Positions 52,988 through 62,551 of a DNA stretch of 64,000 bases are shown in pieces. Under the pieces are notes generated by a model that saw only the letters and a program-made list of their open reading frames with translations, was not told the DNA's origin and made no database searches. The stretch is from an uncultured virus (IMG/VR IMGVR_UViG_3300026488_000238) (lineage: Duplodnaviria > Heunggongvirae > Uroviricota > Caudoviricetes): IMG/VR virus record IMGVR_UViG_3300026488_000238, one strand, 5' to 3'. The number at the start of each line of letters is the position of its first letter. The first letter of the stretch is position 1. A program made the position numbers and the translations under genes.

Positions 52988-52996
52988 ATTATACCA
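52988..52996 (-). promoter_or_regulatory. Extended -10 promoter (TGGTATAAT) of the Ser-Thr-Pro tRNA operon
   Basis: Perfect TGnTATAAT 15 nt upstream of tRNA-Ser on the minus strand. Confidence 0.7.
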
Positions 52997-53117
52997 CATA
53001 ATGCTAGTGAATGCTATATTGTTTTTGTATTATTAAAGTTTTAAGGTAATGAAAACATATGTTGTGCAAAAGTATAATTACAGTGAAAAAAGATAAAATT
53101 TTAAGGAGGGATTAAAG

Positions 53118-54338
53118 TTGGACCATCGCTTGTATATACCATTATCGCACAGAGGAAAAGTATGGCAAAGTGCTTTCGTATATCCGACTGATGAAGAAGA
53201 TGCATTGGTAGTATCAGGTTTTCTTAAAATTCAGCCTATGATTCGAATGTATTCTTATGGCTTTTTATTTTTCATAAAAGTGCCGAGAGGAGATATTTTT
53301 AGCGGTGGTATAGGAAATTCTTATAAATACGCAGTATTAACGTATTATGTGCCAGTAATAACGTTAATTCCTGTTGCTTCAAACATTTCCATGGCGGGGC
53401 ATATGATAGGCATACTAACATATGAAAGTCTTAACAATTATATGATTTTTAGGGTGCAAGGAGTTACGCCTGCGTCTGTATTAGCCTTCACTGCCGCAGC
53501 AAATAAATATGCAGAAGTGCCGTTAAATTATAAGCCTTTACAATACAGTGGGGCAGAGAAAATTATTGCAATGCCAGCGTATGTAACAATTTTGCGCACA
53601 TTAAACTCTAATGTAATTCCGGCCATTTCACAATTTGCTGAAGAAGTTGGTTATTTTCAAAAACCTACTGCGTCCACATCCTATCCAACATTTCTTTCTA
53701 AATCGTCGTTTATTTTACTATCTGCATTAGCCGGGTCAGTATCACCAGATGAAACACCTTATCAAACGTCTATCTATTATTATTTTTCTGATAGGCCGCG
53801 TGATATTGATGATTTGCATCCGTATGAATTAACAAAGCGCATACTGCCTATAGGCTCACAAAGCGGAGATCCTGCTACATGGCCTTATGTAGACGGTATT
53901 AATACGGATAAAATTTTAAACGATATTTATACATTGTATTTTGCGATTACAAAGCCGCTCAATGATGGTAGAGACATGTTAAAAATGATTTTCTGGGGCG
54001 CTGTTGATGAAGGAACTTTACGGAAAACAAAAGAAATGTTAGACGAAGTGCTTGCATCTGGCCCAGCTCAATCTAAAAAATCTGTTAAAAAAGTAGATCC
54101 ATTTATTGCGGCTTCTAAAAACTTCAATATTCTACGAGATCACGGCGCTTTGGCGTTTCAATTTAATCCTTATCTGCTGTTTTCTTCAATGATAACACCA
54201 ACTTTTGGCAATGTAATAAAAATGTACACAAATAGCAAAGATACTTTTTATTTACCTTTATATCCAAGCGACATTAAAGTGAGGGCGATATCTCAAAATG
54301 TACCGGAAGAGTTTCGTGATGTTTACAGAACAACATAA
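53118..54338 (+). CDS. Hypothetical protein, first gene of the coupling-protein/pilus operon
   Basis: 406 aa, TTG start with AAGGAGG RBS. Confidence 0.8.
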   Translation: MDHRLYIPLSHRGKVWQSAFVYPTDEEDALVVSGFLKIQPMIRMYSYGFLFFIKVPRGDIFSGGIGNSYKYAVLTYYVPVITLIPVASNISMAGHMIGILTYESLNNYMIFRVQGVTPASVLAFTAAANKYAEVPLNYKPLQYSGAEKIIAMPAYVTILRTLNSNVIPAISQFAEEVGYFQKPTASTSYPTFLSKSSFILLSALAGSVSPDETPYQTSIYYYFSDRPRDIDDLHPYELTKRILPIGSQSGDPATWPYVDGINTDKILNDIYTLYFAITKPLNDGRDMLKMIFWGAVDEGTLRKTKEMLDEVLASGPAQSKKSVKKVDPFIAASKNFNILRDHGALAFQFNPYLLFSSMITPTFGNVIKMYTNSKDTFYLPLYPSDIKVRAISQNVPEEFRDVYRTT

Positions 54339-54361
54339 AAAAGGTGGTGATTATGTAAGCC

Positions 54362-57300
54362 ATGGATATAAAAACCGTAATAGGAGAGCCATTTATTAAA
54401 GCCATAAAAGTATGGTGGTATTTATGGCAGCACACGTTTGGGATTCCGAGTGTTGGTAACGTAACAGACCATTTGCCATCGGTAAATATTGGTAACACGC
54501 AAACGGCGCTAATACTAATATTAAAAGGTTTGTTATTTTTAGTTTTGCTGTGGTTGGCATGGAAAGTTATTAGTTTTATATGGTTTGAAATGTATGACGC
54601 ACGCCCAAAGGTATGGTTTAAAATTATTCCTGCTGCCAAAGCTACATTTCAAGTAGACATGGTAAAAAGGCTAATAAATACTTCGTATCAATTAGCAGTG
54701 CCTGACAGTGCTTCGTGGTGGGATTATATTAAATATCGCATAGTACCGCCGCCATCAATTACGTGGCAATACACACCGCTGGGCATTTATCTGGGCGTGC
54801 CAAAAGAATACGAGCATACATTTACAGAAGTGCTTGAAGAAATGAGCGCTGGCAATAAAAAATTCGCATATGTCAAATATATGTTTCAGCCTTATGACAT
54901 GAAAAATGTAGCGCTTGTGAAACTGAAAAAAATCGTATTAGAGCAAGATTCAGTAAAGATTGAAGACTGGAGCGTATCTGATGAAGCAGTTGAGGGAACT
55001 CCACAAAGTAGACTAGAAAAGGGTATTGATACTGTTATTGATCCGGCCTCTCAGTTGTTGCATTATGCCGTTAAAACTGGTGAAGCGATGCAAATTACTT
55101 TTAGGCCTTTGTGGAAAACCTCTATTTGGACAAGAAAAAGTAAAGGTAAATTCTTATTAAAAATAAGATATCGAGGGCGTGATATTGTATCGCAATTGCC
55201 GCCGGTTGCTGAGTTTACTACTACAATGAGGGTGCCAATTCTTGGTAAATTATGGGATTTTCGCGCATATAACGGCGCTGTTGGCAGTATTTTTGAGCCA
55301 GCTGTTATATTGCCTTCTGAAAATGAGTTGGCTACTTTTATGTTATTCCCGGCAAACGCTTCGACGGTGGCCACTGAATCAGAAGAGGCTAATTTACCGT
55401 TTGCATCTTTAGATTACTTTTTCTTTAAGTATCTTGGAAAAATACCAAAGCGTAAATTAGCACGCAGTAAGATGGCTGTTAAACTTATTAAGAAAATGTA
55501 TCAGGATTTAACTGATTTTATAGAGGCCCCTTCTATATATGACGAAGAAATAAAAGGATTACCAAAGGGAAACGCTCTAATTGACATGTTAATGAATGAT
55601 ATGACAAAAGATTATCAAAAATATATAAGCACCCATTCCACCATTCCAAAGAAAGTAAAAGAATTACCGCTCTATAAGCGCCTTCCTAATGAAAAAGTAA
55701 TTGTTAATATTCCAAAGGTGTTGAAAAAAGTAGAAAAAGCATTACAAAAGAAGCGTTTAAGTGAAAAAGAGGCGAGTAAATTAGCATTTTTAATGGCTAC
55801 GATAAAAACTAAGATCGTTGAGCATCCAACGCCTAATTTGTTAACAGAACTAGCGTTTACGTCTCCGCCGGGCAAGCCAGATGATGCCTCTACAAAAGCA
55901 GCCATAAAAGTCGGTTATGCGCTAAATAAAGGTGAAATTACTGATGTTGGCATACTTCGCTATTCGCCCAATAAAAAGTATGTAAAACAGTTCACTGATT
56001 CAAAAGGTAAAGTTATTACTATTCAATCTAACGCTGACACAGTAAGGGCTCCTCATATTCATGTTATAGGTGCTACCGGTTCAGGTAAGTCAGCATTTCT
56101 TAAGGCTTTTTCAATAGAGGCATTATATAAAGGCTCCACTGTTATTTTATTAGAGCCACACAATGACATGTCTATTGATATTTACAATTATGCGCCGGAT
56201 TTTACAGATCCAGTGTTTCTTATGCCTGGTTATCGTGGTTTGCGCCTATTGCCAAAAGTAGATTTAACAGATCCAAATATTCATCAGAACTATGATGCAA
56301 TTATTAACATTATTATTCAAGGCTTCAGAGGTTTCTTTGCGACGAGAGAAAGATCTGGTAGTCCTGTAACAATGTGGTCTAAGAATGTAGAAGACGCAAT
56401 ATCTGCAGCATTTCAAACGGTGGGCTTATTAGATAATCCTACTGTTGATGATTTAATTAGCGTGTTAGTTGATGTTGATTATCGTCAACAAATTCTTACG
56501 CATGCTGCGCAGGATTATCGCTTACGTCCGATAGTGCAAAATATTCAAGAAAAAATGTATGCATTAGAGGGGATATTTAACACTAAAGGAGAACATGCAG
56601 CAGCCTTAAGAGCTAGTATTTTAGGTAAATTAGAAACACTTAAAAGGACAGACACTCATAAGCAATTCTTAGTTGGTGATTTTGATTTTGATGAAATATT
56701 CTTCACGCCGCAGCCCAGGCTTGTTGCTATTACATTTCCTTTACAATTTGACAGCGAATACATTATGCTTGTATCGTCTTTTATTTTCTCCAAAATAACA
56801 CAATATGCTTATAAACGCAAAGATTGGGTAGAAAATGATTGGCCTTTAATTTACTTTGTAATAGATGAGGCGCGCTCTATGTTTTCTTCGCCTTTGTTGC
56901 TTAGTAAAATGTTAAATGAGTTGCGTAAGTTCGGCGTAGGCATTGTAGTTTCTCACCAGAGCTTTGCGCAATTTGGCATAGAAAAAGATGCATTTGCTGC
57001 GGCGATGTCTGCTGCTCCACAAAGAATTATTCTTAATGTTGATTCTAAAGAAGATGTCGAACAATTGCGTAGTGTTTTAAAGGACAATATTAACATGCTT
57101 GGAACGTTAGCAGTAGGAGACTATTTACATGTTCACAAAACAGTCTATAGAGCGCATGCGTATTGGTATAAAGATAGATTCCCCAAATTGCGTGATTTAC
57201 AGCTTGACGATGTACAAATGCGCATACCGCTTGATATTCTTGGCGCGCGTGTATTTTTCCCATCTGTATTAGAGGAAGCTAATGTTGTCATTGATACAGA

Positions 57301-57934
57301 GCCGTATTATACAAAATTGTATGGATGGAATAAATTAGCTGTTCCTAAGCAAATAGAAGAGGAGTGGGACAAATATACAGAGGACGTTCTTTATCCAGAA
57401 GCAGCCCCAATTTCTCTCATTCATCTTGGATTAATAGCTAGCAACAAGAAAAATCCATGGTGGCTTGAAAAGTTTGGCTTTGCTTACCTACAACGCCGAG
57501 ACAGATTAGATACGAAAAATAAAGAATATACTGATATTATGAAAGAGCCAATTCTCTTTGGACAAGTGCATGATGACTTAATATTAGTAGTGCCGCTAAT
57601 TAAAGACAATGTGCGCCCTGATGACGATATATTTGATAATCTCAAGTCATTATTGACAATGCTTGTGTCTAGTTCTAAATTCCAGTATGCCTTATTCCCT
57701 ATTACACCGGAAGATGTTATCCAAAATGTAGAAACAAAGAGATTACAAATTTATATTTATGTTGGGCGTACTAAATCAGTTACGGAAACCGAATTTAATA
57801 ATTTCTTAAAACGCATTATAGTTAATGTAGATGCCACGAGCAAGACAATGAGGCGACAAGGCAAACGTCCTGAAGATGTTTTACATGTTATACCGTTGCC
57901 GACGGAAAAAGAATTATTTAAAAAGGGGGAATGA
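54362..57934 (+). CDS. VirD4/TraG-like type IV coupling ATPase (HerA/FtsK superfamily) with N-terminal TM and extra C-terminal domain
   Basis: PHIHVIGATGSGKS Walker A, LLEPH, YFVIDEA Walker B, ELRKFGVGIVVSHQSFAQ motif; TM at about aa 48-75. Confidence 0.8.
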   Translation: MDIKTVIGEPFIKAIKVWWYLWQHTFGIPSVGNVTDHLPSVNIGNTQTALILILKGLLFLVLLWLAWKVISFIWFEMYDARPKVWFKIIPAAKATFQVDMVKRLINTSYQLAVPDSASWWDYIKYRIVPPPSITWQYTPLGIYLGVPKEYEHTFTEVLEEMSAGNKKFAYVKYMFQPYDMKNVALVKLKKIVLEQDSVKIEDWSVSDEAVEGTPQSRLEKGIDTVIDPASQLLHYAVKTGEAMQITFRPLWKTSIWTRKSKGKFLLKIRYRGRDIVSQLPPVAEFTTTMRVPILGKLWDFRAYNGAVGSIFEPAVILPSENELATFMLFPANASTVATESEEANLPFASLDYFFFKYLGKIPKRKLARSKMAVKLIKKMYQDLTDFIEAPSIYDEEIKGLPKGNALIDMLMNDMTKDYQKYISTHSTIPKKVKELPLYKRLPNEKVIVNIPKVLKKVEKALQKKRLSEKEASKLAFLMATIKTKIVEHPTPNLLTELAFTSPPGKPDDASTKAAIKVGYALNKGEITDVGILRYSPNKKYVKQFTDSKGKVITIQSNADTVRAPHIHVIGATGSGKSAFLKAFSIEALYKGSTVILLEPHNDMSIDIYNYAPDFTDPVFLMPGYRGLRLLPKVDLTDPNIHQNYDAIINIIIQGFRGFFATRERSGSPVTMWSKNVEDAISAAFQTVGLLDNPTVDDLISVLVDVDYRQQILTHAAQDYRLRPIVQNIQEKMYALEGIFNTKGEHAAALRASILGKLETLKRTDTHKQFLVGDFDFDEIFFTPQPRLVAITFPLQFDSEYIMLVSSFIFSKITQYAYKRKDWVENDWPLIYFVIDEARSMFSSPLLLSKMLNELRKFGVGIVVSHQSFAQFGIEKDAFAAAMSAAPQRIILNVDSKEDVEQLRSVLKDNINMLGTLAVGDYLHVHKTVYRAHAYWYKDRFPKLRDLQLDDVQMRIPLDILGARVFFPSVLEEANVVIDTEPYYTKLYGWNKLAVPKQIEEEWDKYTEDVLYPEAAPISLIHLGLIASNKKNPWWLEKFGFAYLQRRDRLDTKNKEYTDIMKEPILFGQVHDDLILVVPLIKDNVRPDDDIFDNLKSLLTMLVSSSKFQYALFPITPEDVIQNVETKRLQIYIYVGRTKSVTETEFNNFLKRIIVNVDATSKTMRRQGKRPEDVLHVIPLPTEKELFKKGE

Positions 57935-57940
57935 GATGAA

Positions 57941-59635
57941 ATGAGCGTATTTTTCATAGATAAAAAGGCGTATAATCAATTACATCGTGATCCGGATTTT
58001 CAAGGTGTTGATTTGGTTGTTGTAAAAAAGTGGGATGTAAGCGTTACGGCGCAAAATATTATTGATTATCTTGAAGAAAAGGGTGGTCTATTGCCGGAAA
58101 CGATAGAAAAGATTAATAATATTGTTGTTGCCGGCTATAACATGCCTGAAGGTTTTGATTCCGATGTAGTATTAGCTTTGCGCGATACCATAACAGATGA
58201 AGAATTATATCAAGTATTAGTAGATCACTTATTTTTTGAGTCTATTCCATCCAATTATAAAGCAAGCAGTATTTTGATTTCTTACACATACAGCTCGGCG
58301 TTTGTAGAAGAATTGCAAGAACTATCATTTCAAGAGGAATTTAGTGATATTACAGATATTGTAGATACGGTTGCTGACCTTGCAGAAGACAAAAAAGTTA
58401 AGCAAACTGTTAAGAAATTGCGCAAAGTTAGTAAGAAAAAGCAACCTAAGAAAAAGAAAGCAAAGAAAAAGACTGCGCAGAAATATGATGTTTATCTCTT
58501 GCCACAACACAGTTATTTAAATGGCCGATTATTTAACTATCAAACATTCATAATAGAAGATAGTTATGACAATATCATTTATAATCTTAGATTACGCAAA
58601 GGAACATTTAAGAGTTTGTCTGAAACGGCAACATATGCAATTATTACTCCATATCAAAACAAATTTGTTGTTGTTATTCCTGAAGTCACTGATAAGAAAT
58701 TGTTATCAGATCATAAAATTTCAGTTCCTTTTATGTATTTCTTAACTAAAGAAGAATCTGAAAGTGCTAAAGGTTACATTATTGTAGAAAAATCGCACTC
58801 TTCTGCGGCTTCGGCTTATGACATGACATTTATAAGCAAAGTAGGCGATTATGTGGTTTACTTTGATATTGCATATAAATTAAGCACATCCAATCCTTTT
58901 ACTAGTATTGATGAATATTTGGCAAATCTTCCCTCTCAAAACATTGAAATTGTTTTAACAGATCCACAGTCGCGTAGTGCGATAGCAAACGCTTTACAAA
59001 GCAAAAATACGCCGCCGCAATTAAAGGGTGCCACAGTAAAGATGCTTGACGATTATGATGGGATTATTTTAAAAGAGTCGTCTGTTTCAACAACCTTTGA
59101 TAAGCCTTATCTTGCTTCAGATGTGCCATCGTTTAAGAAAGTTGGTAAATTTGACTTAAAAACATTCATATATAGTGACGCGGTTTACTCTGATACTATT
59201 AGCGCTTTGAAGAGTGCAATTGTTATTTTACTTGTTGCTGGAATTATGTCTGGCTTTTCATTTGCGGCGGATAATGTAAGAACAAGATTAGATCAATATA
59301 AATCTTATCTATCGCAACAATATTATGCAGTGCAGCAATCGCCAGTTGTGCAAAACATAAATGAATTACAGCAATATTTGCAAACAGTAAACTTTGATCA
59401 ATCAACATCAATAGTAATTAAAAGAATGTATGAATTATTTGGCACAAATCTTCGCAGGCTAGTATATTCGCCGAAAGATAAAGAAATTATTATTGAGTTA
59501 TCTACAATTTCAGGCCTATCGCCGACAGATTATATTATGACGCTGATGAAATCTGATATTGTTGATTATATTCAGCCGCCAAAAACTCTTAGCTCAGGCG
59601 AAGGCACTATCAGGCTTATGATTAAGTTGAAATAA
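57941..59635 (+). CDS. Bitopic membrane protein, possible PilM-PilN (GspL-like) fusion
   Basis: Large cytoplasmic region, one TM at about aa 425-442, then coiled coil and small alpha/beta domain; lies upstream of the pilus ATPases. Confidence 0.45.
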   Translation: MSVFFIDKKAYNQLHRDPDFQGVDLVVVKKWDVSVTAQNIIDYLEEKGGLLPETIEKINNIVVAGYNMPEGFDSDVVLALRDTITDEELYQVLVDHLFFESIPSNYKASSILISYTYSSAFVEELQELSFQEEFSDITDIVDTVADLAEDKKVKQTVKKLRKVSKKKQPKKKKAKKKTAQKYDVYLLPQHSYLNGRLFNYQTFIIEDSYDNIIYNLRLRKGTFKSLSETATYAIITPYQNKFVVVIPEVTDKKLLSDHKISVPFMYFLTKEESESAKGYIIVEKSHSSAASAYDMTFISKVGDYVVYFDIAYKLSTSNPFTSIDEYLANLPSQNIEIVLTDPQSRSAIANALQSKNTPPQLKGATVKMLDDYDGIILKESSVSTTFDKPYLASDVPSFKKVGKFDLKTFIYSDAVYSDTISALKSAIVILLVAGIMSGFSFAADNVRTRLDQYKSYLSQQYYAVQQSPVVQNINELQQYLQTVNFDQSTSIVIKRMYELFGTNLRRLVYSPKDKEIIIELSTISGLSPTDYIMTLMKSDIVDYIQPPKTLSSGEGTIRLMIKLK

Positions 59636-59655
59636 AGAGAAGGGGTGATGGAATA

Positions 59656-60492
59656 GTGTGGAATATAATTATTCTGATAATAATCGGCATTTACGCATGG
59701 GTGATGGTGTCAAATGTTTATAAACACTATGGGCGATTATCCACCGCAATTATAGTAACATTTCCCGCATTAGCTGCATTGATTATTCTGTATATGTTTA
59801 CAGCGCCATTTATAACTAACACTTTTGATTCGATTAAAATAAATCATGAAAGTTATGCATTAAGAGAACAGATTGAACAACAGATACAGACTGCGCTTAA
59901 CGATGTTAATAATAGAATAACCACTAATGATTTGGAAAAATTAAAGAATTATATAGTTTTTTCAGAAGGGGCTTATTTCAGAGTTGGTTATATCTTTGAT
60001 AAATTAAATATCACATCTGGACAAATTGATTTCGCGCCGGCAAAGAGAAAGCAAGTAGTTGGTGATATATATCAACACACAATTGGTTATAGCGATCAAT
60101 CTGATAGCATTGTTAGTAACGGTGGAAATCCTGGGATTTTAGACGTGATACAGAGATTGTCAAAGTTCTTTATTGTTGATAATGTTAGCATTGTAGGGCG
60201 TGAAACTTACTTATATATGTGTCCCGGACGCGAAGGTTGGTCAATTGTGCCTTGTAAGAATCCGATAGATAGAAAAACCGTTTTTACTTGGAATTATTCG
60301 CTAAAATTACTGCAATACGAATATGGTAAGGACCCAAATATCAAAAATGTAGATGTAGACGTATATAACATGAGTGGCGATAAAATAGATGGGCCAATTA
60401 AACTTTCAGATGCCCTTGAAAAATATGGACAAATTGGTGGAGTTGTCATTGTAAAAGCACACAAGGAGGCGGTAAATAATGGGCAAAAATAG
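59656..60492 (+). CDS. PilO-like membrane protein
   Basis: Two N-terminal TMs, coiled coil, then a ferredoxin-like pattern (ILDVIQRLSKFFIVDNVSI); operon context. Confidence 0.45.
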   Translation: MWNIIILIIIGIYAWVMVSNVYKHYGRLSTAIIVTFPALAALIILYMFTAPFITNTFDSIKINHESYALREQIEQQIQTALNDVNNRITTNDLEKLKNYIVFSEGAYFRVGYIFDKLNITSGQIDFAPAKRKQVVGDIYQHTIGYSDQSDSIVSNGGNPGILDVIQRLSKFFIVDNVSIVGRETYLYMCPGREGWSIVPCKNPIDRKTVFTWNYSLKLLQYEYGKDPNIKNVDVDVYNMSGDKIDGPIKLSDALEKYGQIGGVVIVKAHKEAVNNGQK

Positions 60493-61507
60493 TAAAATTG
60501 GTGTAGTAATTCCTAATATTTATCAAATCGGAGCAGCAGTTGATCAAAATGTAGATTTAGAGTTAGTTTATTCTGTTTTAAAGCAAGATAAAAAAGAATA
60601 CAATGGCGTATTGATATTATCAAATAAAAACAAGCATAATGTAATGCCTTATTCACAATTCTTGCGCATGATTAGAACATTATCTAGCGTAATTTTAATT
60701 ACATTTGATTCACAAACACTGGAGACCTTTATGCGGGAAAAATTGGGAATTACTAACCAAATGCAAATTAATGCTGTTTTAATGCGCTATCGTGGCATTA
60801 TCACTAAAATTGCACAAGAGTTGCAAAAGACTAGATTAGTATTCATCATTAATGCCAAAGACGCAATAAAGCTTGGTATTCTTGCAAAAAATCCACAAGA
60901 CGCCGGCCTTGTATTGCAACGTATCGATAATCCTAATCCTGTATCGATGGAAGACATTGTGGAATTGTTAACTGGAATTGCTCGTATTGTAAACGAAGTG
61001 GATATTATTTACAAACAAGGATTGTCTGCTATTACAAATAATGAAGATAGCAGATACTTTATAGCGTTTCCATCAAAATTTAAGCAATTTATAAACAAAA
61101 TTAAGAAAGCAGAAGAGCGTGGAGAAATTTATGCAGTAGAATATTTGCTTCCGACAGTTTGGACAGCCACAATGACTACGACGTATGAAGATCGTAAGAA
61201 GAATCTTTTATCCTACTCGATAATCGTGTTAATATTAGCGTTAACGCTATTTTTCCCGAAATTTTCTGTAACTACATCGTTTGGAAACTCAACAGATGTT
61301 ACCATGGTTAATCTTTGGGGAAAAATAATCACGCCGCCGACAGTGCGAGTGTTTGATAAAATATACGACAACGATTTAAAGAAATTAACAGTAGATATTC
61401 CGACGCCAAAAGAGTTTAAAGGACTAGATATCTTATTTATTCCTCCGTCAGGTGGTGAACAGCAAAGTGCGACAGGCAATCAAACAGCTACTACAAATAA
61501 TCACTAA
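60479..61507 (+). CDS. Membrane protein in the pilus operon (possible platform/accessory component)
   Basis: Helical cytoplasmic region and one TM near aa 245-260; overlaps both neighbours. Confidence 0.55.
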   Translation: MGKNSKIGVVIPNIYQIGAAVDQNVDLELVYSVLKQDKKEYNGVLILSNKNKHNVMPYSQFLRMIRTLSSVILITFDSQTLETFMREKLGITNQMQINAVLMRYRGIITKIAQELQKTRLVFIINAKDAIKLGILAKNPQDAGLVLQRIDNPNPVSMEDIVELLTGIARIVNEVDIIYKQGLSAITNNEDSRYFIAFPSKFKQFINKIKKAEERGEIYAVEYLLPTVWTATMTTTYEDRKKNLLSYSIIVLILALTLFFPKFSVTTSFGNSTDVTMVNLWGKIITPPTVRVFDKIYDNDLKKLTVDIPTPKEFKGLDILFIPPSGGEQQSATGNQTATTNNH

Positions 61508-62534
61508 GTGGAACACCGATATTATTTTTCCAACGTTTATGTTAAACGGCGATTTAAAATTGCAACAAATAGATATGTTTTGGCGTGTTGAAAATGGAAA
61601 TGAGGGAACGCAGCTTGTATCTGACACTTTTTTTCTTCGCACACATGGACAAACACAAAAAATAAAAGTAGAAGACAAATTGCGTATTAATATTCCAGAA
61701 CAACTAATTACAATTTACACAGATATTGAACACGCTTGGGAATATGCTCGATTTTTCATAAGACACAAAGGATATGGTTGGCGTTATACTATCTCATGGG
61801 CGGCAAATACGGATATGCTTTTCATTACTGGAAGAATTTTAAAACAATTTGACACAAAAATATATGGAAATCTTGATGAAAAGGTAATCCAAAACATTTT
61901 AGAACATGGTGGCTTAACACTTATTGCCGGTGATTATAAACAGGGTAAAACAACTTTAGCGTATACATTATTAAGAAAATTCATAGGTACAGAATTAAGG
62001 GCAGTATCTACCTTAGAAGATCCAATAGAACAGGTTTTACCTCCGCCGGCGAGACAGAGAGACATTGCAGAAATGCATTGGGTAAAGTACATTCCTTTGG
62101 TAATGCGAGAAGGCGCTGAAATAGTATTTTTTGGAGAAATCACAACGGGGAGGACGGCTTATTTAATGATGCAATATGCTGTTTCAGGTTTACCAACATT
62201 AGCAACGATACACGCTTCGGCGCCGGATCAGATATTACCACGCTTTGCTGAATTAATTCGCAGTGAAAGAGAAGGAGAATTTCCATTTTCCTTTATTACA
62301 CAAACGCTATGGGTTAAATTAGAACATATTAATGGGGAACTTGTGCAAATTATAGACTGGATGGATTGGTATTCTGTAAGAAAAATGGGACTGCCGCCAA
62401 CAGAGCACGCATATGGTAGGCTTCCTATGGTTAATATCAGAAACTCTATAGACAATTCGCCACCAGTTTACGGCCAAGTGTATATTTCTTATGAACAGTA
62501 TAAAAACATGGTGCTTAATATGCTACAATCATAA
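61467..62534 (+). CDS. PilT-like secretion/pilus ATPase (divergent)
   Basis: GLTLIAGDYKQGKTT Walker A, Asp box TLEDPIE, MREGAEIVFFGEI Walker B, His box TLATIHA. Likely start is GTG 61467 after GGTGGTGA. Confidence 0.8.
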   Translation: MRQAIKQLLQIITKWNTDIIFPTFMLNGDLKLQQIDMFWRVENGNEGTQLVSDTFFLRTHGQTQKIKVEDKLRINIPEQLITIYTDIEHAWEYARFFIRHKGYGWRYTISWAANTDMLFITGRILKQFDTKIYGNLDEKVIQNILEHGGLTLIAGDYKQGKTTLAYTLLRKFIGTELRAVSTLEDPIEQVLPPPARQRDIAEMHWVKYIPLVMREGAEIVFFGEITTGRTAYLMMQYAVSGLPTLATIHASAPDQILPRFAELIRSEREGEFPFSFITQTLWVKLEHINGELVQIIDWMDWYSVRKMGLPPTEHAYGRLPMVNIRNSIDNSPPVYGQVYISYEQYKNMVLNMLQS

Positions 62535-62551
62535 AAGGAGGGGAATAACAG